A stretch of 64,000 nt of DNA. Source: Eledone cirrhosa (taxonomy: Eukaryota). Numbering within the stretch: the first letter of the stretch is position 1; the number at the start of each line of letters is the position of its first letter. The notes beneath the pieces were generated by a model, which was given only the letters and a program-made list of their open reading frames with translations, was not told the origin of the DNA and did not search any database. The translations under genes and the position numbers were made by a program. This document shows, one piece after another, positions 1 to 13,211 of this stretch. The stretch is taken from assembly GCA_964016885.1 (NCBI GenBank), contig OZ024752.1:37758001-37822000 (forward strand), read 5' to 3'.

Positions 1-275
1 TGCATCACCGATATAAAGTATATTATGATGATGATGATGATGATGGCAGTAGAACACACAACTAATATACTTTAGTGTGTTATATTTTCAGCCCCACCAC
101 CATCATCTGTTTGAATAAATATCCTGCTTTGCTTTTCATCTCTCTCTCTCTCTAGATATATTATTGTTATTAACACTCTACTTCTTAAGGATACCAACTA
201 TGAAGAAATACCAAACATAGAATCCCACATCGGCTGTCGGATCCAAATTAGCATTGAGTGCTCAAAGATTATACA

Positions 276-327
<52 letters not shown>

Positions 328-524
328 TAAGAAAGTAATTTTTTTTATTATATCTCACATGGGTAAAAATATAGGGAAAAGAAGTTGAAAGTTCAATTGG
401 AGTCTTTAAGAAGATTTATTTACTGGTTTCACAGTTTCATGATTTTTAAAAGTTAAGTGAGATGGAGATGGTGGCTATGCTGTGATGTCTCACATCTGAC
501 GGGTTGGGAAATTTCTTTCTATTT

Positions 525-560
<36 letters not shown>

Positions 561-2669
561 TTAAGGCAGAAAATTGGCAGTCCTTAGAGCATCAGATAGA
601 ATGCTTTGTGGAATTTGTTTCAGCCCTCCGAGTTCCAAATTGCTGAGGTCAACTTTGCCTTTCACCCATTCAAGGTCGATAAAAAAGTACCAGTCAAGTA
701 CTGGGGTTGATTCTTCCTCTATACCTCTTTCTCACTCTCTCTATCCTTCTGTGGAAGAAATATTTAAATATTTAAACTTGGAGAGGCTCTGTCAGGTTTT
801 AAAAAGCCCTAGAAGTGCTCTATGTCAATATGCTGTCCCTACAACTGCATCAGAAGTTACGGGACCATACATTCATACATATATATATAAGTACTACAGT
901 GCCTGAAATCTTTTCTAGGTTATATTGATTACAATTACAGAAAAAATGTCATAAATTTGTATTAAAACATTAAATCAACAAACAGGGTAACTGAATTTGT
1001 ATGAAAATATTTTTATTTATTTTAATGTTGAATCCCAATTTTAATTTTACACAAACTTAATTGTACATGATATCGCAGGAAATTAATTGCTGTAAAAATG
1101 AAAACAAATAATTTATTCAATATTTTATTTACATGGAAATCTTGAAATAAAATTCATTGTAAATGTTTTAATCTCCATTTGTAAATTTCTAATGAGTGTG
1201 TTTGTGTGTGTGTATTATATATATTCCATTTATGTTGGATGGTCTAACTAATAGTAGATCTAGTCATTCAGATTAGCAGATCATCATGTAATAAGCAAAA
1301 GCACTCAACGTTATGCATATCATGATCTGATGACATTAGCCTGTCAGCCATAGAAATACGTATTGTGAATTTTGCAACATTAAAGAAATACTAGGAATCC
1401 GGCCTCCTTTTTTCATTGTATATATACACACATATATATATATATATATATACATACATATATAAAATAACATGTAGGACAAATAAAAGTCACAGAAAAT
1501 TTGGAAAAGACGGATATATGGACAGTTCGTGCTCATCTGTCCTCTTCTGGGAATCGGTTTCAGATGCTTCAAAAGACAAGACTATTCTTCCCAATGCATC
1601 ATTAGTATTTAAAGGAAGATAGCTATGATATTTTGGATGAAAACACAAACAAGATGAAATATCTACAAACTAATACAGTACAGGAGAACTGCTACAATCA
1701 AATGCAGCACATATGTAGGCAGGCAACAGTCAGAGGAATAGAGATCACTAGAAGTTAATTTGAGCAATGATCCTGCAATTAATAAAAATAGTAGACATAT
1801 AGAGATGAAACAGAGTGAATTGACCAGTCCGGTGGTTAAATTACAAAGGGATGAGAGAAAAGGGCTTGATTGTAAGGTGGTAGGTAGGACAGTAGTATGA
1901 ACAGAAAGAGAGATAGACTGTAGGTAAGAAGATGCTACGATTTTCAATGTATATATATATACATACATACATACATACATGACCGTTTCACAGATGAGTG
2001 GCTCAGAATCTATATTAATGCTATGGACCCAACTCCAACCTGATCTGCTCTTCAGACTTGTTCATCAAGCAAAGTCAAATATATATGCTAAAATCTTCAA
2101 CATAAATTTAGATATTCTAAAGCACCAATGAGACAATGATGGGACTCACATGAATGGACCTATCTCTCTTTTTTCTATCTTAGAATTTCTACTATCACTA
2201 TAACGCAGACGTTCAGACAGGGGAGGTAACTCTGACAAGAAACCTACAACTTGTAACAGTCTACCAGCAACAGATGTCGTTAGAGTCAATGTAACTGGAA
2301 AATACTTATGGAGACTTTCCAACGTATGAAGGACAGTCATTTTGTGAATGGAGATATATTTGTACATGATAGAAATGCTAAATGGATACTGTACAACCCA
2401 GCTGGTCAAATCCACAGCTGGATATTTGGACACTACATTTAATTTTGGACAGTTCAGTTCACATAACCATCAAGAGTAGATACCACATCTTTTAAGAATA
2501 TTACCTGAGATAGATCGGCATCCTATATTTAGAAGGAAATTGGAACTTTAAGTACATTATTACATTAACGTACAGTATGATTGATTGGAGAAAGAGTAGA
2601 GAACAAGACAAACTGTGTTACAGTATTCGGTTAAGTTTTGATCTTAAATCATTATTACATTAGAGCATT

Positions 2670-2980
2670 GAGGGCGGTGGATTGGCAGTATCGGTAGAGT
2701 GTCGGACACCATGCTTTGACGCATAGAGTTACGGCCCTTGCCATTCTGTGTTCAAATCTCGCCGAGGTTAACTTTGCCTTTCATCCTTATGGGGTTGATA
2801 AATTAAAGTACCAGTAATACACTGGGTAATTGCTGGCCTTGTGCCAAAAGTAGAAACAATTATTTATAGGAAATCCCGCCGAGGTTGACTTTGCCTTTCA
2901 TCCTTACGGGGTCAATAAAATAAAGTACCAGTAATGCACTGGGTTATTGCTGGCCTTGTGCCTAAAGTAGAAACAATTAT
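2670..2980 (+). mobile_element. tRNA-derived SINE family A (representative; more than 12 copies in window, both strands)
   Basis: GGCGGTGGATTGGCAGTATCGGTAGAG...GTTCAAAT box-B-like head, core GAGGTTAACTTTGCCTTTCATCCTTACGGGGTCGATAAAATAAAGTACCAG; other copies near 7890, 8920, 9245, 11200, 13485, 14700, 39710, 42620, 45080, 49050, 53113, 54035. Confidence 0.85.
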
Positions 2981-3527
2981 TACATGGCTGGATTAAGGCC
3001 TTTAGTCCTGTAACATTTACATTACTCTATATATACTATTATATTTTCATAGTAAAGGCTTTACCTCACATACATATCTCACATAATATTGAATCATTGA
3101 GATTTTGATACTATTCATTTTGAGAACAATACCATAACATCAGTATGAGGGGCTGGTTACAGCTGGTTTGAAAAGAAAGCGGTGAGAGAATTCTGGCCCT
3201 AAAATTATATAACAAAAAAAAACTCTAATATGCTGTATTATTTTATCCTGGAATGTACAAATGAGGGCTGTGATACAACTTATTTACCAAAAATAATGTT
3301 GAGGGTAAAACACACTTGATCTCCACAACAGGAAAATTGGAGAGGTAACTACTATATTAAATCATCGTTAGCTATTTTAATCTTTGATAAAAAGGGGTTT
3401 ATAACTTCAAATTAGTTCTGTTCTTTAACAAGATATATATCCTTATCTATCTTAATCTATGATAAAAAGGTATTTATAACTTCAAATTAGTTCTGTTCTT
3501 AAATGAGATATACATTGCTATCTATTT

Positions 3528-3744
3528 TACCGTATATACTTGAATATAAGCCAGCAACCCCTATTTTGTCTGAGAAATGGGCAAAAATCCAAACCCCATT
3601 TATAAGCTAAGGCAGCTAATCAACACATTGTTTAGATGGCATATATAAGCCAACCTCCCCATTTTACTATCAAATTTTTGTGTGTGTGTGGGGTGGGGGG
3701 TGGGGGTCACATAACGTGTGGCTTATATTCGAGTATATACAGTA
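3528..3744. mobile_element. pogo/Tigger-type MITE
   Basis: TA-CCGTATATACTTGAATATAAGCC ... GGCTTATATTCGAGTATATACAG-TA; second copy at 12618-13134 is interrupted by a SINE-B. Confidence 0.8.
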
Positions 3745-4247
3745 ATCTATGATAAGAAAAAGAATTTAGAATTTCAAATTAGTTTTGTCTTTTAACAAGA
3801 TATACTTTGATGCATATTTTAATCTATGATAAAAAAATTAAAAAAGGGATTTATAACTTCAAATTAATTCCGTCCTTTATTGAGCAATATAGATGAAACC
3901 TGAGAAATGAAATGTTTAACCATGCAATGATTTGGAGAACCAAATTTCATATTTTGTGCCAACATCATGAATTCTTCCCAAATTTAATCTTGAAAGTTTC
4001 TACGGTTTTATGGGGACGGTGGGGGTCAGACTAGTGTGATTTGTAATGAAGTTTGATGATGAAGGATGAGAAACTCTGCGTAGCAACTACTACAGATTCA
4101 GTTATGAATAAATGTGTTTTATATATATATATATCATCATCATCATCATCATATATATATATATATATATAATCAGGTACATTATATTTAATACCTGTAA
4201 TTGAAAATTATAATCATCTAGTATCAGAAAAAAAAATAATGAATAAA

Positions 4248-4319
4248 TCAGAACGATGAAGCTCCAGTCAATTTTCTCATTTGCTCCAAAGACAACCAAA
4301 ATGTTAGAGACCACGGCGC
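4248..4319 (-). CDS. SLC25A27: UCP4 terminal coding exon 10
   Basis: CAG acceptor; APWSLTFWLSLEQMRKLTGASSF-TGA; the ten exons sum to 939 nt (312 aa + stop) with consistent phases. Confidence 0.95.
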   Translation of the reverse strand, partial: APWSLTFWLSLEQMRKLTGASSF

Positions 4320-4489
4320 CTGTAAAGAAAAAAATGAATTATAATAAATTATTGATAAGTTTCAGAAGGCTGGTACAATGTAGTAGAAATATATAAAGGG
4401 CAAAGGATGGCAAATAAAACAAAAGAAAGTTATATTTTATCCAGTATATTTCAACATGATATTTCAAAGCTAGGACCCTCTTTTGAAAT

Positions 4490-4860
4490 GTGTTATAAAA
4501 ATTGTTAACCATGTTGCCAACAACAACCCTGAGTACCTTTTTGATTTCCATGTGTCTAACACACGTGGACATGCCCACAAAGTAAGAAAACAGCACAGTT
4601 TCCATGACTTTCGGAAACATTTCTTCACGCTCAGAGTTGCTGAAGCATGGAACAAACTACCTGCATCAGTTGTTAGCTGTCGAGACACTGCATCCTTTAA
4701 GGCCTCCATGCTTCCCGAGATCCGCCAACACTACAGCTAATACATACACACATGTACTTCCCTGACATTTGTCTATTATTCTATGTACTATACATACACC
4801 TTTGACGAGTTGTAGTGCACCTGAGCACTTTACACAATAATTTCATTATTATATTATTAT
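4490..4860 (+). mobile_element. CR1/L2-type LINE 3' end
   Basis: TRGHAHKVRKQHS..FRKHFFTLRVAEAWNKLPASVV..TASFK followed by 3' UTR and (ATT)n tail. Confidence 0.85.
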
Positions 4861-5156
4861 AAATGATTTATAAGTTTCAGAAAGCACTACAATGCAGTAG
4901 AAATATATAAAGAGCAAAGGATGACAAATAAAACAAGTTAATGTTTTACCCAGTATATTTCAACATGATATTTCAGGGCTAGTACCCTCTTTTCAAATGT
5001 AAAATGAAAACAGTTCAAAACAAAAACGAATGATTGATGTGTTCTTCCCTAACTTGTCTAAGTGTCTTAAAGTGGAGCCGTCATGGTAGCCAATCAAAAA
5101 GAAGATAACATTGTAAAGTTAGACAAAAAATAAAATATAGATTGAAATATACGTAC

Positions 5157-5259
5157 CATTCTTGCCCAAGTTGGAAAAAATCCTTTATATAAAGACCAAA
5201 ATCCTTCTGTTTTTACAGTTTTTGTCAGACAATCCCAAGAGGATGAGTAGATTAAACCT
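5157..5259 (-). CDS. SLC25A27: UCP4 coding exon 9
   Basis: CAG/GTACG boundaries; [34 protein letters not shown]; 103 nt. Confidence 0.95.
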
Positions 5260-5610
5260 CTGTAAATATATGTATAATGGATGAACTGAGAGAAAAACCA
5301 AGTATAAGAGGAATCAGCACTTTCTATTAAAGTCAGATATATTTTTATATTAATGTTAATGATAAAGAATAAATTATAATAATAATAATAATATATATAT
5401 ATATATATAAATTTTGATGATTTAGTGTTAAAGAATAAAAACTAATGATAAAATATATTTTTTTAAATGAGGCTTTTCCCTGTGGGTGTGTGACCCTAAG
5501 CTACAGCTTAGAGGTAAGTCCACCACTGAATGAACATGATCTAAAGAAATGTAGATTCTTCTCTGATAACTAGATACCCCCGGATTACCAATCACAAAAA
5601 TGTAGCTTAC

Positions 5611-5700
5611 TTTCCATGTTTTGTTGGTTGGTTCATTATCCTTGTTTTCACAACATCAGCTGGGGTCCCTAATGTAGCAGCAACAACTCCTGATAAAACA
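5611..5700 (-). CDS. SLC25A27: UCP4 coding exon 8
   Basis: CAG/GTAAG boundaries; SVLSGVVAATLGTPADVVKTRIMNQPTKHGK contains the third carrier signature; 90 nt. Confidence 0.95.
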
Positions 5701-6412
5701 CTGAAAGAGAATTGAAACCCAGTTATTTACATTTCGTTCACTCTTATGATTTCTATTGTTGGCATTTATGTATTTTTCAAATATACATAGCAAAGGTAAA
5801 AACAACTCAGAATAAACTCTACACCCTCAATTGAACAACTATTTCAGCTCCACTTTGTTATTCTGTGTTCTTGAGTGGTTAACTCCGTATGTCACATGGT
5901 TTTATTTGTCATTAAAATTTTGGATAGGTATTCATTTTGGCTTTCATCATCATCATCATCATCATCATCACCGTTTTACGTCCGTTCTTCCACGCTAGCA
6001 TGGGTTAGATGGGTTGTCCTGTTGTGGGCAGTGTCTGGTCGGCTGACCATGCCTTGCTCATACAGGAACTGATTTGGCTTGATTTCTACAGCTGGATGCC
6101 CTTCCTAACACCAACCTCATTTACAGTGAGTGCTGGGTGCTTTTTCGTGGCGCCTACACGTCCACTTTACAGTGTGGGGTGGGTGCTTTTTTGCCGTGGC
6201 ACCTCCACGACCACCTTGCAGTGGGAGGGTGTGGGGGCATATTGTCTATATGCTTCAGCTTGTACCCATGGGAGGTCGGGTACTCTGTATTACTTTGAGA
6301 GTTGTAATTGGGTATCTGAATTCAAATACCGCCAAGGTCAACAAAAAAAGTACCAGTTTAGTACTGGGGGATCAATTCTTCCTCTATATCACTTTCTAAC
6401 TTTCAGCATCTA

Positions 6413-6790
6413 GCTGTACGTGGACCCTGTACAGTTGAGATCCTCCACAAGATCAAAACGTTGGTGGTGGCCTGTCTGAGGAAGGAGCCCCGCGAGGGGA
6501 AGTTGCTGTTGCGGCAGGTGTTGTTGGCCATCGTCCACGAGAATGCTTTTGCAGTCTTGTCTGCAGGGCACAGGCCCTTTTACCGCCGTGCCCTAGGCCC
6601 CGAGCCCAATCATCCTTCCCCGCCCCTTCTGTGACGACTAGAGCCCTTTCCTGTTTTTTTTTCTCTCATTTTTTTTTCTCTATATTTTCCTATTTTACAT
6701 TCCATTCTTTCTTCTCAATCTAAATTTTCTTTTTTTTCTTTCTCTATTAAACTGTATTTACATTTATATATTCCATAAATAAAATTTCAA
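6413..6790 (+). mobile_element. 3' fragment of a restriction-like-endonuclease (CRE-like) non-LTR retrotransposon
   Basis: GC-rich patch translates AVRGPCTVEILHKIKTLVVACLRKEPREGKLLLRQVLLAIVHENAFAVL, resembling the G-GP...PRE...QR.S.AI.RGNA..VL C-terminus; pyrimidine-rich UTR ending AATAAAA. Confidence 0.55.
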
Positions 6791-6838
6791 AATTAACTGA
6801 AGTATATACTGAGGAAGATGTTATTGCTACAGGTTTAC

Positions 6839-6923
6839 CTTGATAGAAAATGTGTCACGACATTGTCTTTTAATGAGGTATGTTTTAAAATCATATGCTT
6901 GCTCGTGTCATAGGTCGCTAAAT
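6839..6923 (-). CDS. SLC25A27: UCP4 coding exon 7
   Basis: CAG/GTAAA boundaries; DLATYDTSKHMILKHTSLKDNVVTHFLS; 85 nt. Confidence 0.95.
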
Positions 6924-7372
6924 CTGAAACAAACAAAAGAAAAAAAATGTTTACATGAAGTCGGTTTATGTAATGTACTGTATTTAACAAGCCAGAAACA
7001 TTTGTCAAATTCAAATAAAACAATCATTTACATATATTGTTGTGTGTGTATATGTGTGTGAGTGTGTATGAGTGTGTGAGAATGTGTATGTGTGAGTGAG
7101 TGTGTATGTATGAGTGAGTGTGTGTGTGAGTGTGTGTCAGAGTGTGTGAGTGAGTGTGTGACTTGTGTAAGTGAGTGTGTGTGTGTGTGTGTGTGTGTGA
7201 AAGTATGAGTGTGCGTGTGAGTGAGTGAGAGTGTGTATATGTGCATGTGTGAGTGTGTGTATGTGCATGTCGAGTATGCATGTGTGAGTGTGAGAGCATT
7301 ATTGGCCCTTCCCTCTGAACACTGCCACCCCTACTCCTACCCTAATATGTTGTCCACATTGTGGTCCTGTCC

Positions 7373-7841
7373 TTAACCCTTTAGCATTCACATTACCCTA
7401 TATATATAGTGTTGTATTTTTATGGTAAAGGCTTTATCCTACATAATATCTTACATAATATCAAGTATATGAGATTTTGATGTTATTTCAGTCTTCACCA
7501 CTACCATCAAGACTCCTACTGTTACACAGTCTTCACCATTACCATCAAGACCCCTACTGTTAAACAGTCTTCACCATTACCATCAAGACCCCTACTGTTC
7601 CAAAGTCTTCACCACTACCATCAAGACTCCTACTGTTCCACAGTCTTACCCTATATATAGTGTTGTAATTTTATGGTAAAGGCTTTATCCTACATAATAT
7701 CTTACATAATATCAAGTATATGAGATTTTGATGTTATTTATTTTGAGAACAATACATGAGTAGCAAATTACGACTGGTTTGAACAGAAAGAGGAGATAGA
7801 ATTCTGGTCAGATATGGCCGGTTTAAATGCTAAAGGCTTAA
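7373..7841. mobile_element. piggyBac-like MITE with internal duplication and 38-bp x4 tandem repeat
   Basis: TTAACCCTTTAGCATT ... AATGCTAAAGGCTTAA; repeat at 7489-7645. Confidence 0.8.
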
Positions 7842-8184
7842 GGATGGAGAAGATGTATAGTTGTATATTTAGAATACTTCGCTTCACATAATAATTGTTT
7901 CTACTTTAGGCACAAGGCCAGCAATTACCCAGTGCATTACTGGTACTTTATTTTATCGACCCCGTAAGGATGAAAGGCAAAGTCAACCTCGGCGGGATTT
8001 GAACTCAGATCGTAAAGGGACGTAACTATGCTGGAAAGCATGGCGTCCGACCCTCTACTGATACTGCCACTGTTCTTTAACATCATCCGATGAAAGTTTC
8101 AACCACTGTATGTCAAAGACAACACAAATTAACAGGTAATATACTATTATATATATATATATGTACACTAATAATAATAATAAT

Positions 8185-8640
8185 AAAACAGCACAGCTCC
8201 CTTGACTTTCGTAGACATTTTTTCACGCTCAGAGTTGCTGAAGCATGGAACAAGCTGCCTGCATCAGTTGTTAGCTGCTGAGACACTGCATCCTTTAGGA
8301 CACTCATGCTTCTCGAAGTACGCCAAGACTGCACCTGATGTACCCCTTCCATACACATGCACACGTGTGTATCATGACTCGTGCACTGTTCATTTTACTG
8401 ATGTTTGTGCATTGCCCTATGTACTGTACATGCACTTTTTGATGAGTTGTGGTGCACCTGGGCACTGTACACAAAATTTCATTATTATTAATATTATTAT
8501 TATTATATCATGACTCATACACTGTTCATTTTCCTGACATTTGTGCATTGTTCTATGTACTATGCGTGCGTCTTTGATGGGTTGTAGTGCACCTGAGCAC
8601 TGTACACAATAATTTCATTATTATTATTATTATTATTATA
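8185..8640 (+). mobile_element. CR1-type LINE 3' fragment with duplicated 3' UTR
   Basis: FRRHFFTLRVAEAWNKLPASVV; two (ATT)n tails. Confidence 0.8.
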
Positions 8641-9897
8641 ATATCAAGTATATGAGATTTTGATGTTATTTATTTTGAGAACAATACATGAGTAGCAAAT
8701 TACGACTGGTTTGAACAGAAAGAGGAGATAGAATTCTGGTCAGATATGGCCGGTTTAAATGCTAAAGGCTTAAGGATGGAGAAGATGTATAGTTGTATAT
8801 TTAGAATACTTCGCTTCACATAATAGTAATTACAAACAATATTGACAGCATATTTTAACCTTTCATTGCCAAATTTCTAATGAAACATGCAGACTGTGAT
8901 TTTCAAATAATTTTTTAAATAATTGTTTCTACTTTTGGCACAAGGCCAGCAATTATCCCAGTGCATTACTGGTACTTTATTTTATCGACGCCGTAAGGAT
9001 GAAAGGCAAAGTTAAACTCGGCAGGATTTGAACTCAGAACGCAAAGGGCCACAACTCTATGCTGCAAAGCATAGTGTCTGAGGCTCCAGTGATACTGTCA
9101 ATCCACCGCCTTTTGAAAATAATAAAACATTTGGAGGGATTAAATGTTTGTTTCTACATTAGGCACAAGGCCAGTAAATTGAGGGGGGGGGGGGGCATAA
9201 CTCTATGCTGCAAAGCATGATGTCCGACGCTCTACCGAGCGATTTAATAATTGTTTCTACTTTTGGCACAAGGCCAGCAATTACCCAGTGCATTACTGGT
9301 ACTTTATTTTATCGACCCCGTAAGGATGAAAGGCAAAGTTAACCTCGGCGGGATTTGAACTCAGAATGGCAAGGGCCGTAACTATGCGTCAAAGCATGGC
9401 GTCCGACCCTCTACCGATACTCGGCTATTTAATAATAATAGAGAGTTTCATTAATGACTAAGTCACAACTGAAGCTGCTAGCTTCACAGTAAATATATAC
9501 TTGAACTCAGAACGTAAAGGGCCGTAACTCTATGCCGCAAAGCATGGTGTCCGACGCTCTACTGATTCTGCCAATCCACTTCCCTATGATAATAATAATG
9601 TTTATGGGTAGCAATGTCTATAGTGATGACGAAATGAGGAATTTATTTGATTTTGTCTAGTTGAATCATCATCATCATCATCATCATCGTTTAATTTAGA
9701 ATATTTTGTATTTGTACCCAGTACTCACTGTAAATGAGGTTGGCGTTAAGGGCATCCAGCTGTGGAAATCAAGCCAGAATCAGTCGTGTATGAGCAAGAC
9801 ATGGTCACCTGGCCTGGCATTGCCCACAACAGGACAACCCGTCTAACCCATGCTAGCGTGGAAAATTGACGTAAAATGGAGGTGATGATGATATATG

Positions 9898-9953
<56 letters not shown>

Positions 9954-10368
9954 CTATGTTGGTACCACAAAACACTCAGCCCACACTGTAAAAGACACCC
10001 ACCACACACTGTAAATGTGGTTGGCGTTAAGAAGGGCATCCAGCCGTAGAAAACCAGTCAGAAACGGGTCCCATATGAGCGAGACACAGTCACCTGACCC
10101 AACTTGCCTCTAAATGAGACAAACCCGTCTAACCCATGCTAGCGTGGAAGATAGACGTTAATTGATGATGATGGTGATGATGTCTAATATTTTAGATCAG
10201 TCAGGAAAGAAAACACACCCACACTGGTATCACAACAAATGCACCCAGCATAACCTGTAAGGTGGTTGGCGTTAGGAAGAACTGCCAGCCATAGAAACCA
10301 TGCTCAATATGGAATATAACATGCAAGATAGATCATTCTAACATTATTGTACCGCCCATGTTGACTAT

Positions 10369-10826
10369 CCTGAAAATCCGCCTCTTCATTGCTGTAGTGG
10401 AGTCTGTGCTGCTGTATGGGTCTGAGACTTGGACACTGACCAAGAGACTCACTCAGATGGTGGATGGGTGCTACACGAGAATGCTGAGGATGGCTCTGAA
10501 CATTAATCAGTATACACTGAGGATGAAAAACTCAGAGCTGTATGGGAGCATCCCAAAAGTCAGCTCAAAAGTGACACAGAGGAGACTGAGGTTGGCTGGA
10601 CATGCTCACCGACATCCAGAGTTGACATTGCACTCAGTGCTCCTTTGGGAAACCCTACATGGACACACTAGAAGAGGAAGACCAAGGTTAACATATGTTG
10701 ATGCCCTAAGGACAGACACTGGTCTGTTGGAGATGCAGGATATGGCAGCGATAATGAGGGACAGAGACCGCTGGAGAGAACTCATCCATGGATCTCGGGA
10801 ATTTTACCCGCCTTAGATAGATAGAG
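10369..10826 (+). mobile_element. 5'-truncated RTE-like LINE with target-site duplication
   Basis: Open frame with VESVLLYGSETWTL...RRLRLAGH...RRGRPRLT (RTE-type RT C-terminus); (TAGA)n tail; ATGTTGACTAT duplicated at 10358-10368 and 10827-10837. Confidence 0.88.
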
Positions 10827-10838
10827 ATGTTGACTATT

Positions 10839-11500
10839 TTTCACGCTCAGAGTTGCTGAAGCATGGAACAAACTACCTGCATCAGTTGTTAGCTGTCGAG
10901 ACACTGCATCCTTTAAGGCCTCCATGGAACAAACTACCTGCATCAGTTGTTAGCTGTCGAGACACTGCATCCTTTAAGGCCTCCATGGAACAAACTACCT
11001 GCATCAGTTGTTAGCTGTCGAGACACTGCATCCTTTAAGGCCTCCATGGAACAAACTACCTGCATCAGTTGTTAGCTGTCGAGACACTGTATCCTTTAAG
11101 GCCTCCATGCTTCCCGAGATCCGCCAACACTACAGCTAATACATACACACATGTACTTCCCTGACATTTGTGTATTATTCTATGTACTATACATAAAAGG
11201 CGGTGGATTGGCAGTATCGGTAGAGAGGGCGGTGGATTGGCAGTATCGGTAGAGGGTCGGACGCCATGCTTTCCAGCATAGTTACGTCCCTTTACGATCT
11301 GAGTTCAAATCCTGCCGAAGTTGACTTTGCCTTTCATCCTTACGGGGTCGATAAAATAAAGTACCAGTAATGCACTGGGTAATTGCTGGCCTTGTGCCTA
11401 AAGTAGAAACAATTATTCTATGTACTATACATACACCTTTGACGAGTTGTAGTGCACCTGAGCACTTTACACAATAATTTCATTATTATCATTATTATAA
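10839..11500 (+). mobile_element. CR1-type LINE 3' fragment with internal ~62-bp x4 tandem expansion and nested SINE
   Basis: Repeated ATGGAACAAACTACCTGCATCAGTTGTTAGCTGTCGAGACACTGCATCCTTTAAGGCCTCC; SINE at ~11198-11415. Confidence 0.8.
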
Positions 11501-11573
11501 ACCAGCTTGTTGTACATTAAACCATGCAATACCTCTACAAGGAATTAAATTATGTTAAAGAACTTTATTGTAC

Positions 11574-11686
11574 CTCCCATGTTGACAAATCCAGCTCGCT
11601 GTACATTTGGTATCCAGCCTTTCCAAAGTCCACGTATACCTCCCTCAGCAGTTATTTTACATAATGCATCATACATATTTTTTACT
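11574..11686 (-). CDS. SLC25A27: UCP4 coding exon 6
   Basis: CAG/GT boundaries; VKNMYDALCKITAEGGIRGLWKGWIPNVQRAGFVNMG; 113 nt. Confidence 0.95.
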
Positions 11687-11824
11687 CTGCAATTATAAAA
11701 GTTATGGTACAATTTATTCAACAAAGTAAGAAAAAAAATATATATATATATATATATATGTATGTATATATATATATAAATGAAAATAGAGAAATTAATG
11801 TAAGCAAAAAGCCGACAATAATTC

Positions 11825-11896
<72 letters not shown>

Positions 11897-11901
<5 letters not shown>

Positions 11902-12285
11902 CACATGGCTTAGTGGTTAGAGCATTGGGCTTGCAATCGAAAGGTTGTGAGTTCCTTTCTCAGACCGGGTGATGTGTTGTTTCCTTGAGCAAGACACTTT
12001 ATTTCACATTGCTCCAGTTTACTCAGCTGTAGAAATGATATGATAGAGACTGGGGTCCCTATCATTCCACTGCAAAGTGGTCGTGGAGGTGCCACGGAAA
12101 AAAACCACCCAGCACTCACTGTAAATGAGGTTGGTGTTAGGCAGGGCATCCAGCTGTAGAAATCAAGCCAGAATCAGTTCCCATATGAGCAAGACAAGGT
12201 CAGCCAACCGGACACTACCCACAACAGGACAACCCGTCTAACCCATGCTAGCATGGAAGAACGGACGTAAAACGGTGATGATGAT
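11897..12285 (+). mobile_element. tRNA-derived SINE family B (representative)
   Basis: GAGGCACATGGCTTAGTGGTTAGAGCA (A box)...GGTTGTGAGTTC (B-box-like), (ATG)n tail; near-identical copies at 12772-13100, 13858-14190 and 61629-61966 (minus). Confidence 0.85.
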
Positions 12286-12295
12286 GATATATATA

Positions 12296-12407
12296 TACAG
12301 GGTATCCCAAAAACTGTATACACACTTCAACAGCATTCTAATAAATATTACCTGTACAGGTAATCAAAGTGTGTATACATTTGGGGGGGGGGGGGACAGA
12401 CACACCC

Positions 12408-12411
<4 letters not shown>
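12296..12411. mobile_element. Tc1/mariner-type MITE
   Basis: TACAGGGTATCCCAAAAACTGTATACACACTT ... AAGTGTGTATACATTTGGGG..CACCCTATA inside (TA)n. Confidence 0.65.
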
Positions 12412-12444
<33 letters not shown>

Positions 12445-13211
12445 TATAAGTAGTCAGAAATTCTCAGGAGAGCTGGGGACAGCAGCAGGTCTTCAGAGAA
12501 GAACCCCCAACAACCAAGTGTTTCAGAAGTTAGGGGCTGAGACACTCATGTGAGGGGGGTTTCTTCTCGGAAGACCTACTGCTGTCCAGCTCTCCTGAGA
12601 ATTTTTTACCACCTATATGCCGTATATATTCAAATATAAGCCAATCCGAATATAAGCTGACTGCCCACCCCTTATTTTATATCTGAGAAATGGGTAAAAA
12701 ATCCAAACATTGTTTAAATGGTGAATATAAGCTGACCCTCCTCCCCCATTTTACCATTGATTTTATTTTGGTCATGGCTTAGTGGTTAGAGCATTGGCCT
12801 TGCAATCGAAAGGTTGCGAGTTCAATTCTCAGACCGGGTGATGTGTTGTTTCCTTGAGCAAGACACTTTATTTCACATTGCTCCAGTTTACTCAGCTGTA
12901 GAAATGATATGATAGGGACTGGAGTCCCTATCATTCCACTGCAAAGTGGTCGTGGAGGTGCCACGGCAAGAAAGCACCCAGCACTCACTGTAAATGAGGT
13001 TGGTGTTAGGAAGGGCATCCAGCTGTAGAAATCAAGCCAGAATCAGTTCCTGTCCCACCCTTGCAAGCAGGGAAAAGCGGACGTAAAATGAAATGATGAT
13101 TCCTTGGCTTATATTCAAGTATATATATACAGTAATTACGCATACAAAAGCAAAATGGATTCAAAGCTTTAACAAAAATAGTGAAATTGAAATCAAAATA
13201 TAAATTCTCAC

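Noticed and set aside
11897-11970. tRNA gene-like sequence (A/B boxes)
   Set aside because: Head of a multi-copy SINE that continues into SINE body and tail; no complete cloverleaf or oligo-T terminator
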